A DNA stretch of 64,000 nucleotides from Chrysomallon squamiferum (taxonomy: Eukaryota > Animalia > Mollusca). Both the position numbers and the translations under genes were made by a program. The notes under the pieces were generated by a model, which was not told where the DNA came from, ran no database searches, and saw nothing but the letters and a program-made list of their open reading frames with translations. How positions within the stretch are numbered: position 1 is the first letter of the stretch; every line of letters begins with the position of its first letter. Shown here piece after piece: positions 28,487-42,871 of this stretch. The stretch is from positions 10,850,001 to 10,914,000 of the forward strand of contig CM022675.1 of assembly GCA_012295275.1 (NCBI GenBank), given 5' to 3'.

Positions 28487-29498
28487 AAGAAGAAAAATCA
28501 TAGTACACGACTATTACATTAATTAAAAATGGCATATGCGCGTGCATGTGAGAAACAGTGAGAGAAAGAAGAAAGGATGAAATAAAGAAAGACAAAATAA
28601 AAAAAAAAAAAAAAAAATCATTTTAAAATTTAATATTAAAAAAAAAAACATTGCAAACTTGAACCACGGAAAGAAATAACACCATCAACATCGTACCCAC
28701 AAAAAAGAACACGTGTTTCTTTACACGAAATGCAGTTAACAAATTAGACACTGTCTTGAAAACAAACGCTGTAATGACATGACACATGCCACAACAAATT
28801 CAAATAATAATAATAATAATAATAATAAAAACTAAAAAAAGAAAACAAGTAAGAGATGACTTTTGTATGTGGTTCAGCCGATAGCAAGTAAAGAGCCTGT
28901 GACGTTGATTCTGACCGAGAAATTCTGTAACGACGTCGTAAAATTGTCACCGCTTACAACACCGTGCCCACAAATATGTCCGACATCAGAAATAATGCTT
29001 TTACGCTACAGCTGTGATTTATCTGAAGCGAAGGACAGAACACGAGAATTCGTAAAGGACTAAGGCTAATAGTTTTTCTTGATATCGTTGTCGTTATTGT
29101 TGTGGTTGTGGTTGTTGTTGTTGTTGAGAATCGTAAGGCTAGTGGTTTTCTTGGTGTTGTTGTTGTGGTTGTTCATTGATATAATCGTAGTCGTTTGTTG
29201 CTGTTGTTGATAAGGATATGTACGGGATGATGCTGTTTAGGCAGAGTAGTTGCAGTATTATCATTAATAGTAATAGCTGACTGAGTGCTATTGTTGTTGT
29301 AGTTATACTAATAGTAGTAGTAGTAGTAGTAGTAGTCGTAATGGTAGGAGATGTAGTAGTATAGTAGTGGTAATTTCAGTGGTGGTAGTAGTAGAAATAA
29401 ATGAAGGAGTTGATCATAATGAAAATGACAATGATGTCGATTATGATAATGATGATTGTGATGATAATATTTATGTTGATGATGATGACGACGATGAA

Positions 29499-29530
<32 letters not shown>

Positions 29531-29581
29531 GGAATAACAGTACAGGAATAACAGAGAACGTATTAATGAAGATTAACACAA

Positions 29582-29620
<39 letters not shown>

Positions 29621-29626
29621 AGAGAG

Positions 29627-29658
<32 letters not shown>

Positions 29659-29917
29659 TGATGATAAATTAAAATGTACACCGTGATAAGTATAAGATTT
29701 TGAAAAGTTACACCAGACGTAATTTAATTAAATACACATTGTTTCTTTCTTTCTTTCTTTCTTTCTTTCTTTTTTTATTTCTTTTTTTATTCCTTCTTTC
29801 TTTCCTTTTATTTCATCTTATTTTTCTATCTTTAAAACTAAAACTAAAACTAACTAAAACTAACTAACTAACTATCTGACTAACTAACTAACTAACTGAT
29901 TAAATCAATAAATAAAT

Positions 29918-29971
<54 letters not shown>

Positions 29972-30196
29972 GTAATAAATGAACATGAAAGAAGCGCAAG
30001 GGACAACATTAACATCTCATTAATTTTGTAATGACCAGGAAACAGACTACGTCATAAAGGAAAATGGCCTGATGCGGAAATGTCGGTCTAGTTTAGGGGA
30101 AAAAAAAAAAATAGCTGAAAAACCGGTCTCGTCCTGGTAAGCTATTTCCGATATATACATACATATATATATACATTTCTAGTCATCTTAGCAAAG

Positions 30197-30232
<36 letters not shown>

Positions 30233-30736
30233 GTATGTGTGCACATAAAATGTTGTTTAAATAAACGGATATGTAATATTAATTTTGTATTTTTGTTTAA
30301 ATAAATAAGGATTTTCTTTTTCGATATTAAACATTTATGAATCTACGTGGTCACAACTTATTATTTTCATTCATCCGTTAACATTTTAATCTGTTTCCAC
30401 CATTCGTACATTGATCTAGTCAGTCATTTATCTTTCATTTAACTTTTTATTTTGCTTTGTTTTTATTTTGTTTTATTTTTTCTTTAGATTATATATATAT
30501 GTATATATTATTTTTCTTCCATTCTTTTCTCTCTCTTTTTTTTTTCATTCATAAATAGTCTACTAATCAATCAATGTATTTGCATACATTTTTCATAGCC
30601 ATCGTTCTTCGTTTTACAAATTGTGTTTTTTATTAAACGGACAAGAATTATAAAAATGTGAGAATTAATGAGAAAAAAAAAAAAAAAAGAAGAAGAGCAA
30701 CATGCAAAGAGAAATTAGGCAGTCAAAAGAACAAAC

Positions 30737-30812
<76 letters not shown>

Positions 30813-31477
30813 ACTTCAACAGTTATTATCATTAGTAATGGTAGTAAAAGCAGCAGCGGTAGTAACAACAGCAGTACCAGCACCAACAGTACTGGTAGCA
30901 GAAATAGCAACAGCAACAACAACAGCAGCAGCAACAGTGGTAGTAACAACAGCAGCTGTCGTAAAAAAAAAAAAAAAAAAAAAAAAATCATCCCAGCTCT
31001 AGTTCATTAAATAAATGTATTACAACATACCTGTCTGTCTATTACGGTCATTACGCTGAATATGAATAGAACTGTTAATGTTTTCTTTGACAGAAATGCA
31101 TATATTTTTTTGTTACCGTTAGCTTGAAGCAGCCGATGGAGTTTTGACATGTATTTTAACACAGCGCCGGCAAAGCCATAGCTGAGCCTGTTACACGTCA
31201 CAGATAATGGTTGCTATTGGCTGAAAGCCGGGGTAACCGGACGTAAACAGATGTATGCGGAAACATAAATATGACGTAATTTAGCAAGGATAAAGGGATT
31301 GTTTATTTGTTTGTCGGTAAAATAAACATCGAATGTTAATATTGCCACCTGTCAAAAAAAAATAAAAAATAAAAAAATAAAAAATAAAACACATAAATAA
31401 AAAAAAAAATGATGAAGAGGAAGGTGTAGTAGACGACAGAAAGATAGAAAGAAAGAATGAAAAAAAGAAAGAAAGAA

Positions 31478-31534
<57 letters not shown>

Positions 31535-31787
31535 TCGATAATTAATATCGTTGAACCATATGTTAACACACTACATAAATTAATATTACATAGATTTTAC
31601 AACTCATAAGTACAACTGCTCATATCGTAGTTGTTACAGTGACAAGACTTTTATCGGGAGAAAACAAATTAACGCTTTTTAACTGTTTTAACGAATTTTG
31701 GTAGCACTATGACAGTAACCACAACAACTACATCTACAGGTATTAATCATACCTCTATTTTCATCATCATAATAATTATTTCAGGGG

Positions 31788-31872
<85 letters not shown>

Positions 31873-32330
31873 ATGTGTTTGTGTAATAATTAATTTTACT
31901 GTGATAACAACAACTACTACAATTTCTCTTACCACTAAAATTATTGCAGCTTTTTGATCTTGTTGAAAAATCGAGACATTTATAGGAAAGAGAGACAGAG
32001 AGAGAGAAAAACAAATGACAGAACGAAACATTAACATTCTGTATGTTTAAAATGTTCATTGCATTTGTCATCACTTGTTATTAGCAAAATACCGCGACCG
32101 TTAAGAAAGAAAGAAAGAAAGAAAAAAAAAAATGAAAAAAAAAAAATGAATAGACTCTCGGCATTCTGTGAAATGTACATGCTGAAATGTACATGACGAA
32201 AACAGAAAAAGATGAAATATCGACCGAAACTGACACGGGAATTCACGAAACGGGCGCGTTATCGGTCGTCACAGTCGACCGCCACCTGGCGGGAAGATGT
32301 ACAGCTCGGCAGTTTGCCGTAATGCGATAC

Positions 32331-32347
32331 TCAGTCTCTCTGTCTCT

Positions 32348-32397
<50 letters not shown>

Positions 32398-32463
32398 CTC
32401 TCTCTCGCTCTCTCTCTCTCTCAGTCTCTCTGTCTCTCCCTCTCTCTCTGCCTCTCTCTCTCG

Positions 32464-32541
<78 letters not shown>

Positions 32542-32595
32542 CTCTCTCTCTCTCTCAGTCTCTCTGTCTCTCCCTCTCTCTGCCTCTCTCTCGCT

Positions 32596-32688
<93 letters not shown>

Positions 32689-32722
32689 CTCCCTCCCCTC
32701 TCCCTCCCTCCCTCCCTCCTTT
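32331..32722. repeat. Compound (CT)n tract with a higher-order repeat
   Basis: The interruption TCAGTCTCTCTGTCTCTCCCTC recurs at ~32331, 32421 and 32554, and CTGCCTCTCTCTC also recurs three times. Confidence 0.9.
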
Positions 32723-32977
32723 CCCGTCATCTCTCTCTCTCTTTGTCTTCTTTTTTATTTTTTATTTTTATTTTTTTTGTATATTTACGTTTTTACATAC
32801 TCCTCCGAGGTTTGTTCCGGGCGGGACACACAGCAAGCCGAGGAGCAATGTCAGGTTCGCTGTATCTCTTTACAACTGGAATGTAAACTACACAATGATA
32901 TTGACAGAACCACGGGTCTCGGACGCTTGTGAATTGCAATAACAGTAAAAGATCTCATGTAGACGACTATTAGTGTG

Positions 32978-33008
<31 letters not shown>

Positions 33009-33214
33009 CTTTTCTTTCTTGTTTTTTTTTTTTTTTTTTTTTGGTTTTTGTTACTAGAACCTTCCTGGAAGTCTAGATGTTTTATTAAGATGCTTTAACA
33101 GTAAGTTTAAGTATCACTGCTTTGGAAATATTTGTAAGTGTGTGGGTGAATATGCCTGTTAAATATTTGGATTTATAAATATACACTCATATACATACAT
33201 ACATACATACATAT

Positions 33215-33245
<31 letters not shown>

Positions 33246-34357
33246 CATACATAGATACATAGATACACACACATACATACATACATACATATATACATAC
33301 ATACATACACACACATACATACATACATACATATATACATACATACATACATACATAAATACATATATACATACAAATGCACGCATATACATATAGGAAA
33401 TATACACATAAACATGCACCTACATAAACATAATACGTTTTATTAATTTGTTTGTTTGTTTGTTAACAAGCAAATTCTTCTTCTTTTATTATTATTATTT
33501 TTTTATCATATCCAGCTACTGAAATACGAAAATTTTATATATGGCGCTTGCTTTTAATTTTCTTTTCTTCAATTTTTTAACATTTTTTAACTTTTTTTAT
33601 TTTTATTCCCAATTTATTTATTTTTTATTTTCCACTGAGATTTCGGCTTAATTCACGCTGAAATGTTGAATGGGCAATTTAAATTTCCCAACGCCCATAA
33701 AACGGATTTAAGGAGCAATGTAAAACGGGAGCCTTACAATGTAACTCAGGCTTGTAACATCACTTTTGGGGTAATATATGACAGACTGTGTAGGAAATTA
33801 GATCGTCTTGTTTTTATTCGTTAATGCTTGGAAAGCAAATTTGATGTAACAGAATGGATGATGTCTGTAATAAAAACCGTACCCCACACATACAAAGTAG
33901 AGATGGAGACTGAACTTTTAAAGGTTTGTTAATGTAACTACGTTGATTTCTACGTTGTAATACGTTACTAAGTGATGTGGTGTAATGTAATTAGAAATAA
34001 ATATATATTTCAAACCATTTTCTCTTTTTTAAAATAGATATTTTTTTTAATATACATATATATATATATATTTGTTTTTTAGTTAATTACTTTTTCATTT
34101 ATTTCTACGATTGTTAATTAATTAATTAATTAATTAAATTATTTGTTTGTTTGCTTATCTATTGTTCCTTTCCTTTTTTATTTGACTATTTATGTTATAA
34201 ACAGAAGGCTATTTAGTTAAAAAAAAATAAACATAAGATAAAATTATAATATAAGCTTAATTCCAGTAATGAAGACGATTACAACAACAATAATAACAAT
34301 AAGAATAATAATAAGAAGAATAAGACGAAGAAGAAGAAGATAAAGAATAACAACATC

Positions 34358-34418
<61 letters not shown>

Positions 34419-34621
34419 TAACAACCATAACAAGAGATACAATCCTAACATCACAACAAAAAATAAATCACTGTCTTCACACACTACAAGTTACAAAACA
34501 AAGAAATTATTTAAAAAAAGATATTTATCTATTAAAACAAAAAAAAAAAAAAATTAATAGTCTAAAACAAAATCCTGTGAGAATTCAGAACAACAGAATA
34601 CAAAGAAATGTAGAGATGTAG

Positions 34622-34654
<33 letters not shown>

Positions 34655-34689
34655 CCACAAATCATAACACTGTAATTACAAAGAAAGCG

Positions 34690-34880
34690 AATCCTCCAAG
34701 GATGCAACGGATCTGCTAAGGGGCAGACAGCATTGTTCACGTGACAAGATCTATGGTACAAGTGGGAAAATTCAGCTTTACGTGTTTTCGTGAACTGTCG
34801 TTTTGAAAAACGGTTGAATGCGGGAGCCGATCGCTACTAATTGGAGCGCAGCTAATGGCCCCAATTAGGACGAATTTCAT
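34690..34880. promoter_or_regulatory. Upstream island with three homeodomain sites in 30 bp
   Basis: TAATTGG 34838-34844, TAATGG 34853-34858 and CCAATTA 34861-34867 in a GC-richer context. Confidence 0.4.
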
Positions 34881-34964
34881 TTCTTTTTTTCTCTTTTTCT
34901 GCTGAAGTATTAGTTTTTTTCAAATAAGATTTATATTTCTGTCGTTGACGTTTGATAATGAGAA

Positions 34965-34965
34965 G

Positions 34966-35050
<85 letters not shown>

Positions 35051-35120
35051 GTGTGTCAAAATAACCTCAAAATATTATCGTTTTGTTAGAGAGAGAGAGG
35101 AAGGGTTGGAGGGAGGGAGG

Positions 35121-35212
<92 letters not shown>

Positions 35213-35249
35213 GTGTGTCAAAATAACCTCAAAATATTATCGTTTTGTT
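34965..35249. repeat. Duplication of a (GA)n tract plus an identical 42-bp unique flank
   Basis: ATGACGTGTGTCAAAATAACCTCAAAATATTATCGTTTTGTT at 35046-35087 and 35208-35249, each preceded by (GA)n. Confidence 0.9.
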
Positions 35250-36148
35250 TTGTTATTCAACTAATTTAAAGTTAATAATAATAATAATAATAATAACGGA
35301 AAAACCCATATTAAATATTACTACCATTTCTGCTGCGGCTAGTACTGCTATTACTACTACGTCTGTTGCTTTTCTGCTTCTACTGCTACTACAAAAGACA
35401 TCGATGAATAAATAAATCAATCAATCAATAAATAATTAAATACAAACAGCGTCAACATAAAAAAAAATATATATATAAAAATAAAACAGAAACAGACAAA
35501 CATATAGAAAAGATAAAATAAAAGAGAAGAAAAATAAGACTAAGACACTGCAGTAACTAATTAATAAACAAACAAATAAACAAACAAACAAATACACAAA
35601 CAAACAAACAGAGAAACAAACAAACGAACGATAAGAAAAGAAAAGAAAGAGGTACATAAATAAAGAAGTATATATAATAAACGACAGTATATCACCGTAG
35701 GTAACACAACATCAAAATCACGGCAAAGCAGTAAATCTTGCATCCGTAATAATTCTTTTGGCACGGACTTCCAGGCACGGCCGGAAATGTCATCACCGTG
35801 CTCAACACATTGGCGTTTACGTAACGTTTTGTGTTATCTCCCTTGTTCTTTCTTACAGGCTCGTGCCATAAGTCTCGCGCACTTCATCTCATCGAATCGC
35901 GTACTCGAGCGGGCTTACAGAACACTTGGAGCTTGTAAATCAATTGTGTCATTCGCACTTGAAACAATCGCCGCCAGATACGATCTCTAATTCACTCTGT
36001 CACTCATTCAATCTTCGGCGAGTCCTTCACTTTGTCTTACTTTCACATCTGTTACTACACAAACTCTTGTCTTTCTCGTCCGTACGTTTTTCCCTGTCTG
36101 CTAGATACTGTAATTCTCGTTTTGAAATCTATGTCTCTGTTTCTCTTG

Positions 36149-36270
<122 letters not shown>

Positions 36271-37424
36271 CTTCTCGCCTCTGTTATTCATATTCACAAA
36301 TTTTCCTAAATTCCAATATGTATTTCTGTAATCCCAAAGTAGACAGGATTTAATTCATCATACTTTAATTCTAGTAATTAAATTTCTTTTTAATAAAATC
36401 GTATTAGTAAATTCTGCGTTATTGCTTTTGGTGCTCATTCGCTTTCAACCTAGTCTTGAAGATGTCACCTGGCTACATTATTAAACATTTATGATTAATA
36501 TCAAACAGATATCAACCTTTGGGTTTTAATCTTGTATTTATTTGTTTTTTCTTTAGAGTTAAATTTAATATAAAATAAAAAGAAACAGCGCAACATTTTC
36601 AGTCAAATCCTGGGGATTCTGACGCTTCCAGTTTATTTCTATTTTTATTTTATCTCTGTATTCCAAGTTATACTGCTTGTTCAGTTGTTATTAATATTTA
36701 TATTAAATTACTTCTTTGTTATTATTAATATTATTATTTTATATTACCATTACAACCACTGCTACTATTACTGCTGCTGCTACTACTACTACTATTATTT
36801 CTACTACTACTACTACAACTACTATTACTACTATTACTATTTCTACATGTGGATTATCACTTATCTGTATACGGTGTATATGAAAAATAAATGGAATTCA
36901 TATTTAGACTTAGATTGTATTTAAACATTATTTTTACTTTTTTTTTTCCCTGTAAAAAGGCATACAAAATAAATAATAAAAAATATTTTTAAAAACAGAA
37001 ACAATTATAAATAAATAAATATAAATATAATTAAATAAATAAATAAATAAATAAGCAACAAAAAGTGAACAAATTTATTAAATTGAAACAAAAATACATT
37101 TTTTTATTTTTATTATTATTTATTTAAGAACGCATATTTAGGATTCTCTAACCTAGACAAACATTCTCATTTTCCTATTACAAAAATAATTCCCACTTAA
37201 CCCAAAGCAGACACAAAAAATTAAAACCTAATTTCGATCACGCTTTCACCCTAAACGGGCCCCCAACGCGTGCCAATGTGGTTTTATCCCGAAGCCAATG
37301 TCGGCCAAGGGAAAATAACCCTAACGATGTTTGTAGTTATCTCATTGAAGGTATCATCTTAAATTTATTACTTTTGGAATTAAATGCAATTAGTTTTGCA
37401 TGGAGTTTGATCTTGCCTAGCCAG

Positions 37425-37441
37425 AGGTCAGCCAGAGGTCA
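37425..37441 (+). promoter_or_regulatory. Perfect DR5 nuclear-receptor element (RARE consensus) AGGTCA-gccag-AGGTCA
   Basis: Two exact AGGTCA half-sites (37425-37430, 37436-37441) with a 5-bp spacer, inside a unique-sequence island. The motif is certain; function is unproven. Confidence 0.5.
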
Positions 37442-38161
37442 GCTAGGGGGGACAAGACGTCGGCCATTACGCTAAATCTACGTAAAAGCTAAAACATTGA
37501 AGAGAAAGTCTTTGATTAATTGATTTTTGTTTGTTTTTTCTGGGGCACAGTGATTTTGAAAAATGGATTGAGGATTTATTATTTCTTCTTGACTAAACCT
37601 TCAGTATAAATTTTTAAATTTTTTATTTTTTTTTATTTTTATTTTTATTTTTTTTTAACATTTTTATTTTAATGATGATTAATATAATTTTGTCTATGAC
37701 ACTTGTAGGACAAAAGAGTCACTTTATTTCAGTTCCGGACTTCATTATATAAATAAAAAAATAAAAAAACCCACCTAAAACTAAAATGCCAATAGATTGT
37801 TAATGAAGTTTGAAATATATTTATATCTGCCATGTGTTGTTCCTAATCCGCCTGTAGGCTTTTGTACTCAAACAAATGTTCATTATTAGAAAGATACTTG
37901 AAATCTCGTACTTATTATGGTGTACATCATTAAGGTGTTTTTTGTCAGTTACCTTAGGCTTTTCATTCAGTTATTTATTTAGTTACTTTTTTTCATTGTT
38001 GATTTTTTATCGTATTTAGCTTAGTTAATTCTCCTGATTATTTACTTATTTATTGATTTGATTTCTTTGTGTTTATTTGTATTTTTTATTATTTGTTTGT
38101 TTATTTATTTTATATTGTTTTACTCTTTCTTTTATTTGTTGTTTATCTTAAATTATATATG

Positions 38162-38242
<81 letters not shown>

Positions 38243-38527
38243 CATGTATATATGTATGTATGTATATATTCATTCTTTTGTCTTTCGAAAAAAATGACCT
38301 AAATGTAATGATGAATAAAAGAATTAGAAGATGTCTGTACAAGGGAATTAATTTATTAATAGGTGTATGGATGGATGGATGGATGGATGGAAAATTATGC
38401 AGACAAAAGAATAAATTCATGCATAATACAATATATTTATGTACGAAGATAAAAATAGAGGAACGGGTAGACAAACGAAAGTTCTATTCCTATATTTGAA
38501 TAGAACAGTATAAAGTGAATAAATTTG

Positions 38528-38587
<60 letters not shown>

Positions 38588-38650
38588 AAAAAGAAAAACT
38601 GCAACAGCACCATCATGAACAAGAACAATTATAAAAACAGTAGCAAAAGC

Positions 38651-38691
<41 letters not shown>

Positions 38692-39129
38692 AAGTAACAG
38701 AGTAGTAGTAGTAGTAGTGGCAGCAATGGTGGTATTAACAACAATAATTAAAATTAAAAAAAAGAAAAACACAGCAATAAGAAGAACAATAGCAATAATA
38801 GCAACATCAACATGAACAGCAACAGCGACAACGGAAACGAGGGTAATAAATAAACGATAATAACGAAGCGATGACCAGACTATGTGTGAAATGCAATTTT
38901 CTGCATAATAATGAAAACGCCAATCACATTAATTCCGTTTTCACACAAAGAACTTTTTAAGACTGCAATAAACACGGTGGTTGCCGTTGGTGTAGAGGTT
39001 CGTACAAACCTGCTCCGATGGCGTCGTGTTTCCTCTTTTCTTTTCGCCGCGGTTGACATTTATGTAGCTTTGTGTTTTGCCGATTTCGTGATACAAATTA
39101 GATAGAGAATAGGTAATTAGAAAAAGAAG

Positions 39130-39161
<32 letters not shown>

Positions 39162-39301
39162 AAGAAAGAAAAGTAAAAAGACACTATAAAATGAGATTAA
39201 AGATACAAATGTAGAACACACCTTGATTTTAATCCGATGGACTTAAATCTGAAGAAAATTTGTTTTTATTTTTGTTTAAAATTATTATTATTATTATTAT
39301 A

Positions 39302-39346
<45 letters not shown>

Positions 39347-39619
39347 CATCATAACTAATAGAAGCAGCAATAGCAGTAATTGTTCTTGTTATTGTTGTTG
39401 TTGACGTAATAGCAGCAGTAGTAATAACAATACATATACATATATATGTATATTCATGTGTTTGTATGTATGAATGTACGAACGTACCAATGTCTATGTA
39501 TAAATATCTGAATGTATAATTCACACACACACACCCACACCCACACATACATATCCACACACACACACGTACACACGATATACAAATTCTTAAAAAACAA
39601 AACAACTGTAAATCCTTTT

Positions 39620-40030
39620 AAACACATAACCAGTTATTCGTCACGAAGACATCTCGCGCTACCAGACAAAACACAACAAACTGAGTGAATCATTCGGAAT
39701 TTCTGCATCCTCGCCCAATGCGATTTCCCATTATTTATTGTTATGGCCGGGATAAAATCAGTTAAATTGACTCAATGCCCATTATAATGGCTCGACTGCC
39801 GTGTTCGCCTGGAGACTGCATCCTTAGCAATAACATTAGGATCAGAGTGTGAAAAGTTTAACGCTACGAAACGAGAAGGGGCTGTAAATTATTCGGCAGC
39901 ACTGTCGATATCATGGATTTTTTGGCGCGAAAACGCACGCGCTCGCCTTGTTTCGAGTTTTCTGGGGGCTATTTCAAGCTCGGGGGTTACGGACGTATGT
40001 TTATAAAATGGTTTTGTGGTTCGTAGTACC
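39620..40030. promoter_or_regulatory. Upstream island, candidate enhancer
   Basis: TGACTCA (39768-39774), palindrome CCATTATAATGG (39779-39790), TTATGGCC and E2F-like TTTGGCGCGAAAA (39921-39933). Confidence 0.4.
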
Positions 40031-40239
40031 GTGTTTGAGAGTATTTTAAGAAGTGGTTGTGTTTGTTGTGTGTGTGTGTGTGTGTGTGTAATGGAGTAAA
40101 ACGTGAAGGCGAAGAGAGTGATGATAAAGAAAGGGGAAAAAGTCGAAAAAGAAGAAGAAATAGATTTATAACAGTAAATGAGAATAAAATTGTTCAGTTC
40201 TTTTAAAATTTAATAATAATAATAATAGTAATGATGATG

Positions 40240-40302
<63 letters not shown>

Positions 40303-40451
40303 TAGTAGTAGTAGTAATGGTAATAATAATGGTAAATAAATAAATACAGAAAAGAATGAAATAAATAAAGGCAGAAATAAAAAAATTAAATTAATATTAA
40401 TAATAAATGACAGAAAAAATTAGAAATAATATTAATAATAAATAGATATGC

Positions 40452-40482
<31 letters not shown>

Positions 40483-40927
40483 AATAATAGTAATAATATG
40501 AAAAAGAAGAAGAAGAAGAAAAAGAATTTTAACAAAAAATACAAAAACAACAGAATACATAAATCAAATAAAAATACAACTTTGTAAACGCGTCTTAAAA
40601 TAAATTAAAATCCCTTAAAACAAAGTTTCCGAAAGAAATGATCGAATACAGATATGCTATGGTGTAGCATGCATACTTTCATAACGCTTGCAAAAAATTA
40701 TTTTTTTATCTTTTTTTTTCTTTTTCTCTCTCTTTGAGAAATGTCATGTATCAATATTTTATATATTTCACGTACAGTGCGCAAGGTAACAAATATCTGG
40801 TGACTGTCTTCTCAATAATTAATTTCTAGACAGAGAACCAACAGACAATTCAGTCATTTTCTGGACAAGATATTTTTATAAGGATAGTAAATCGGTTTCT
40901 ACTGTTGTGTTGGTGTGAATTGTGTGC

Positions 40928-40978
<51 letters not shown>

Positions 40979-41111
40979 TGTATTTATGTGAATGTAAAAG
41001 AGAGAGAAGATAAGAGGGAAACTGTGCGTATATAACTGCGTTTGTGAGCACAGTGATATTCATTTCTGAGCTGCTAGTTATTTCAGTGTCCTAAAATCGT
41101 AAAGTTCAATT

Positions 41112-41159
<48 letters not shown>

Positions 41160-41256
41160 GACAAGGTTCTATGGACTGAGGGAAGAACAATTAAAATCGA
41201 ATGAAAATGAAAATAATAATAAATTAAAGAAATAAAGAAACAGATTAACTTAGAAA

Positions 41257-41303
<47 letters not shown>

Positions 41304-42262
41304 ACGAATAAATAAATAAATAAATAAAATAATAATAAACAATCAAATAAACGAACGAACGAACAAACAAAAAATAAACAATATCCAACACAAACAGACA
41401 AACGTCCTCAAGAAATAAAACAAAACAGCAGCACTGCAATGTCGACAGTTTGTTAAGTTAAGTTCACAAAGTTTACTTTATTCTGATCAAATTAAGCAAG
41501 CGTAGACTTTACTTGAACCTGGGTTATTGCTGCTGAAGATTTCAGTGAAAGATTGGTGTGCGAATGTTTAATGTTGAGTGATATTACATAAAGAAAATGG
41601 AAAATAATTAAAAAAATGTATATTTAAACAAGATTAGACCAAGTTTTTCGGAAGTGTAAATAAAATGAAATGAATAAAAAACAAAAAAAAGAAAAGAAAA
41701 GAAAATAAATGACATGTGAAATAAGAAACAATTAGAGTTCACAGGATATTTTCTGTTGAATTAAAAAAAAAAAAAAAAAACAATCCCCTAGATGCGCCCG
41801 ATAAAAAAACCCAAAAATAAAGCAGCAACAAAATAAAGGAAACAAGAAATGACTAGATAAAGAACCAAACATACAACTGCATTTGACTTTATATATATAT
41901 ATTTATATACTGACGTAGCTAAATTGTAGATTATTTACAAAAATTATATTTTAAATAAACAATATAATTTACATTCTTACACCAAGTTTTAACTATTTTA
42001 CTGTAAAAATGTATCATTATTACTTTTAAAAATTAATTCCGTATTTAGTAATAATCTCTCTCTCTCTCTCTCTATATATGTATATGTGTGTATGTGTATA
42101 TATAAATATATAAATTAATCTATCCCTGCATTAATCCATCTATCTATTTTATTGTATTTCATTATGTATTTTATTATTTCATTATTTATTTCAATATTTA
42201 TTTATTTAATTATCTATTTAATTATTTTCATTTCCATTCATTTTATTAATTTATTCACTCAC

Positions 42263-42295
<33 letters not shown>

Positions 42296-42774
42296 TTAAC
42301 ATTATAATTTATTTCATATAATAACAACAACATAACAATAATATTACCCATAATGCCCTGAGCGGCTTTTTATTTAACTAGTAAACGCGAAGGAGGGAAA
42401 GAAATCTTAGATATTTTATTTTTATTTTATTTTCATTCTGTTGCAGTTGATGAAATTGGCCTGCGGTATTTGAACAAGCGGCAGAAGATCTACAACGACG
42501 ACGTGCTCGAAAGAAACAATAAATATAAAAGAGAATAAAACGGCGTGTACGTTGCATCCAAGATGGGGGATATTTATTTCACTTTTTTTGTCCTGTTATT
42601 CCGTGCGTCTGGAGAGTAGATAAATCTATTTCATGTCAAAGAAATAAAAGTGTCGACGACAATGAAAGTTGATGTGTACCTTGATTTGAATATTTAGAGG
42701 TTTTTTTTTTTTTTTTTTTTACCTCCTTATTACGAAGGGAGAGATACAGAACAAAAAAAAATAAGAGCGGGAGA

Positions 42775-42871
<97 letters not shown>

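Noticed and set aside
32187-32942. 251-aa SL-repeat ORF and all other poly-I/L/Y/N/ER/SL/CV ORFs
   Set aside because: Direct translations of microsatellites.
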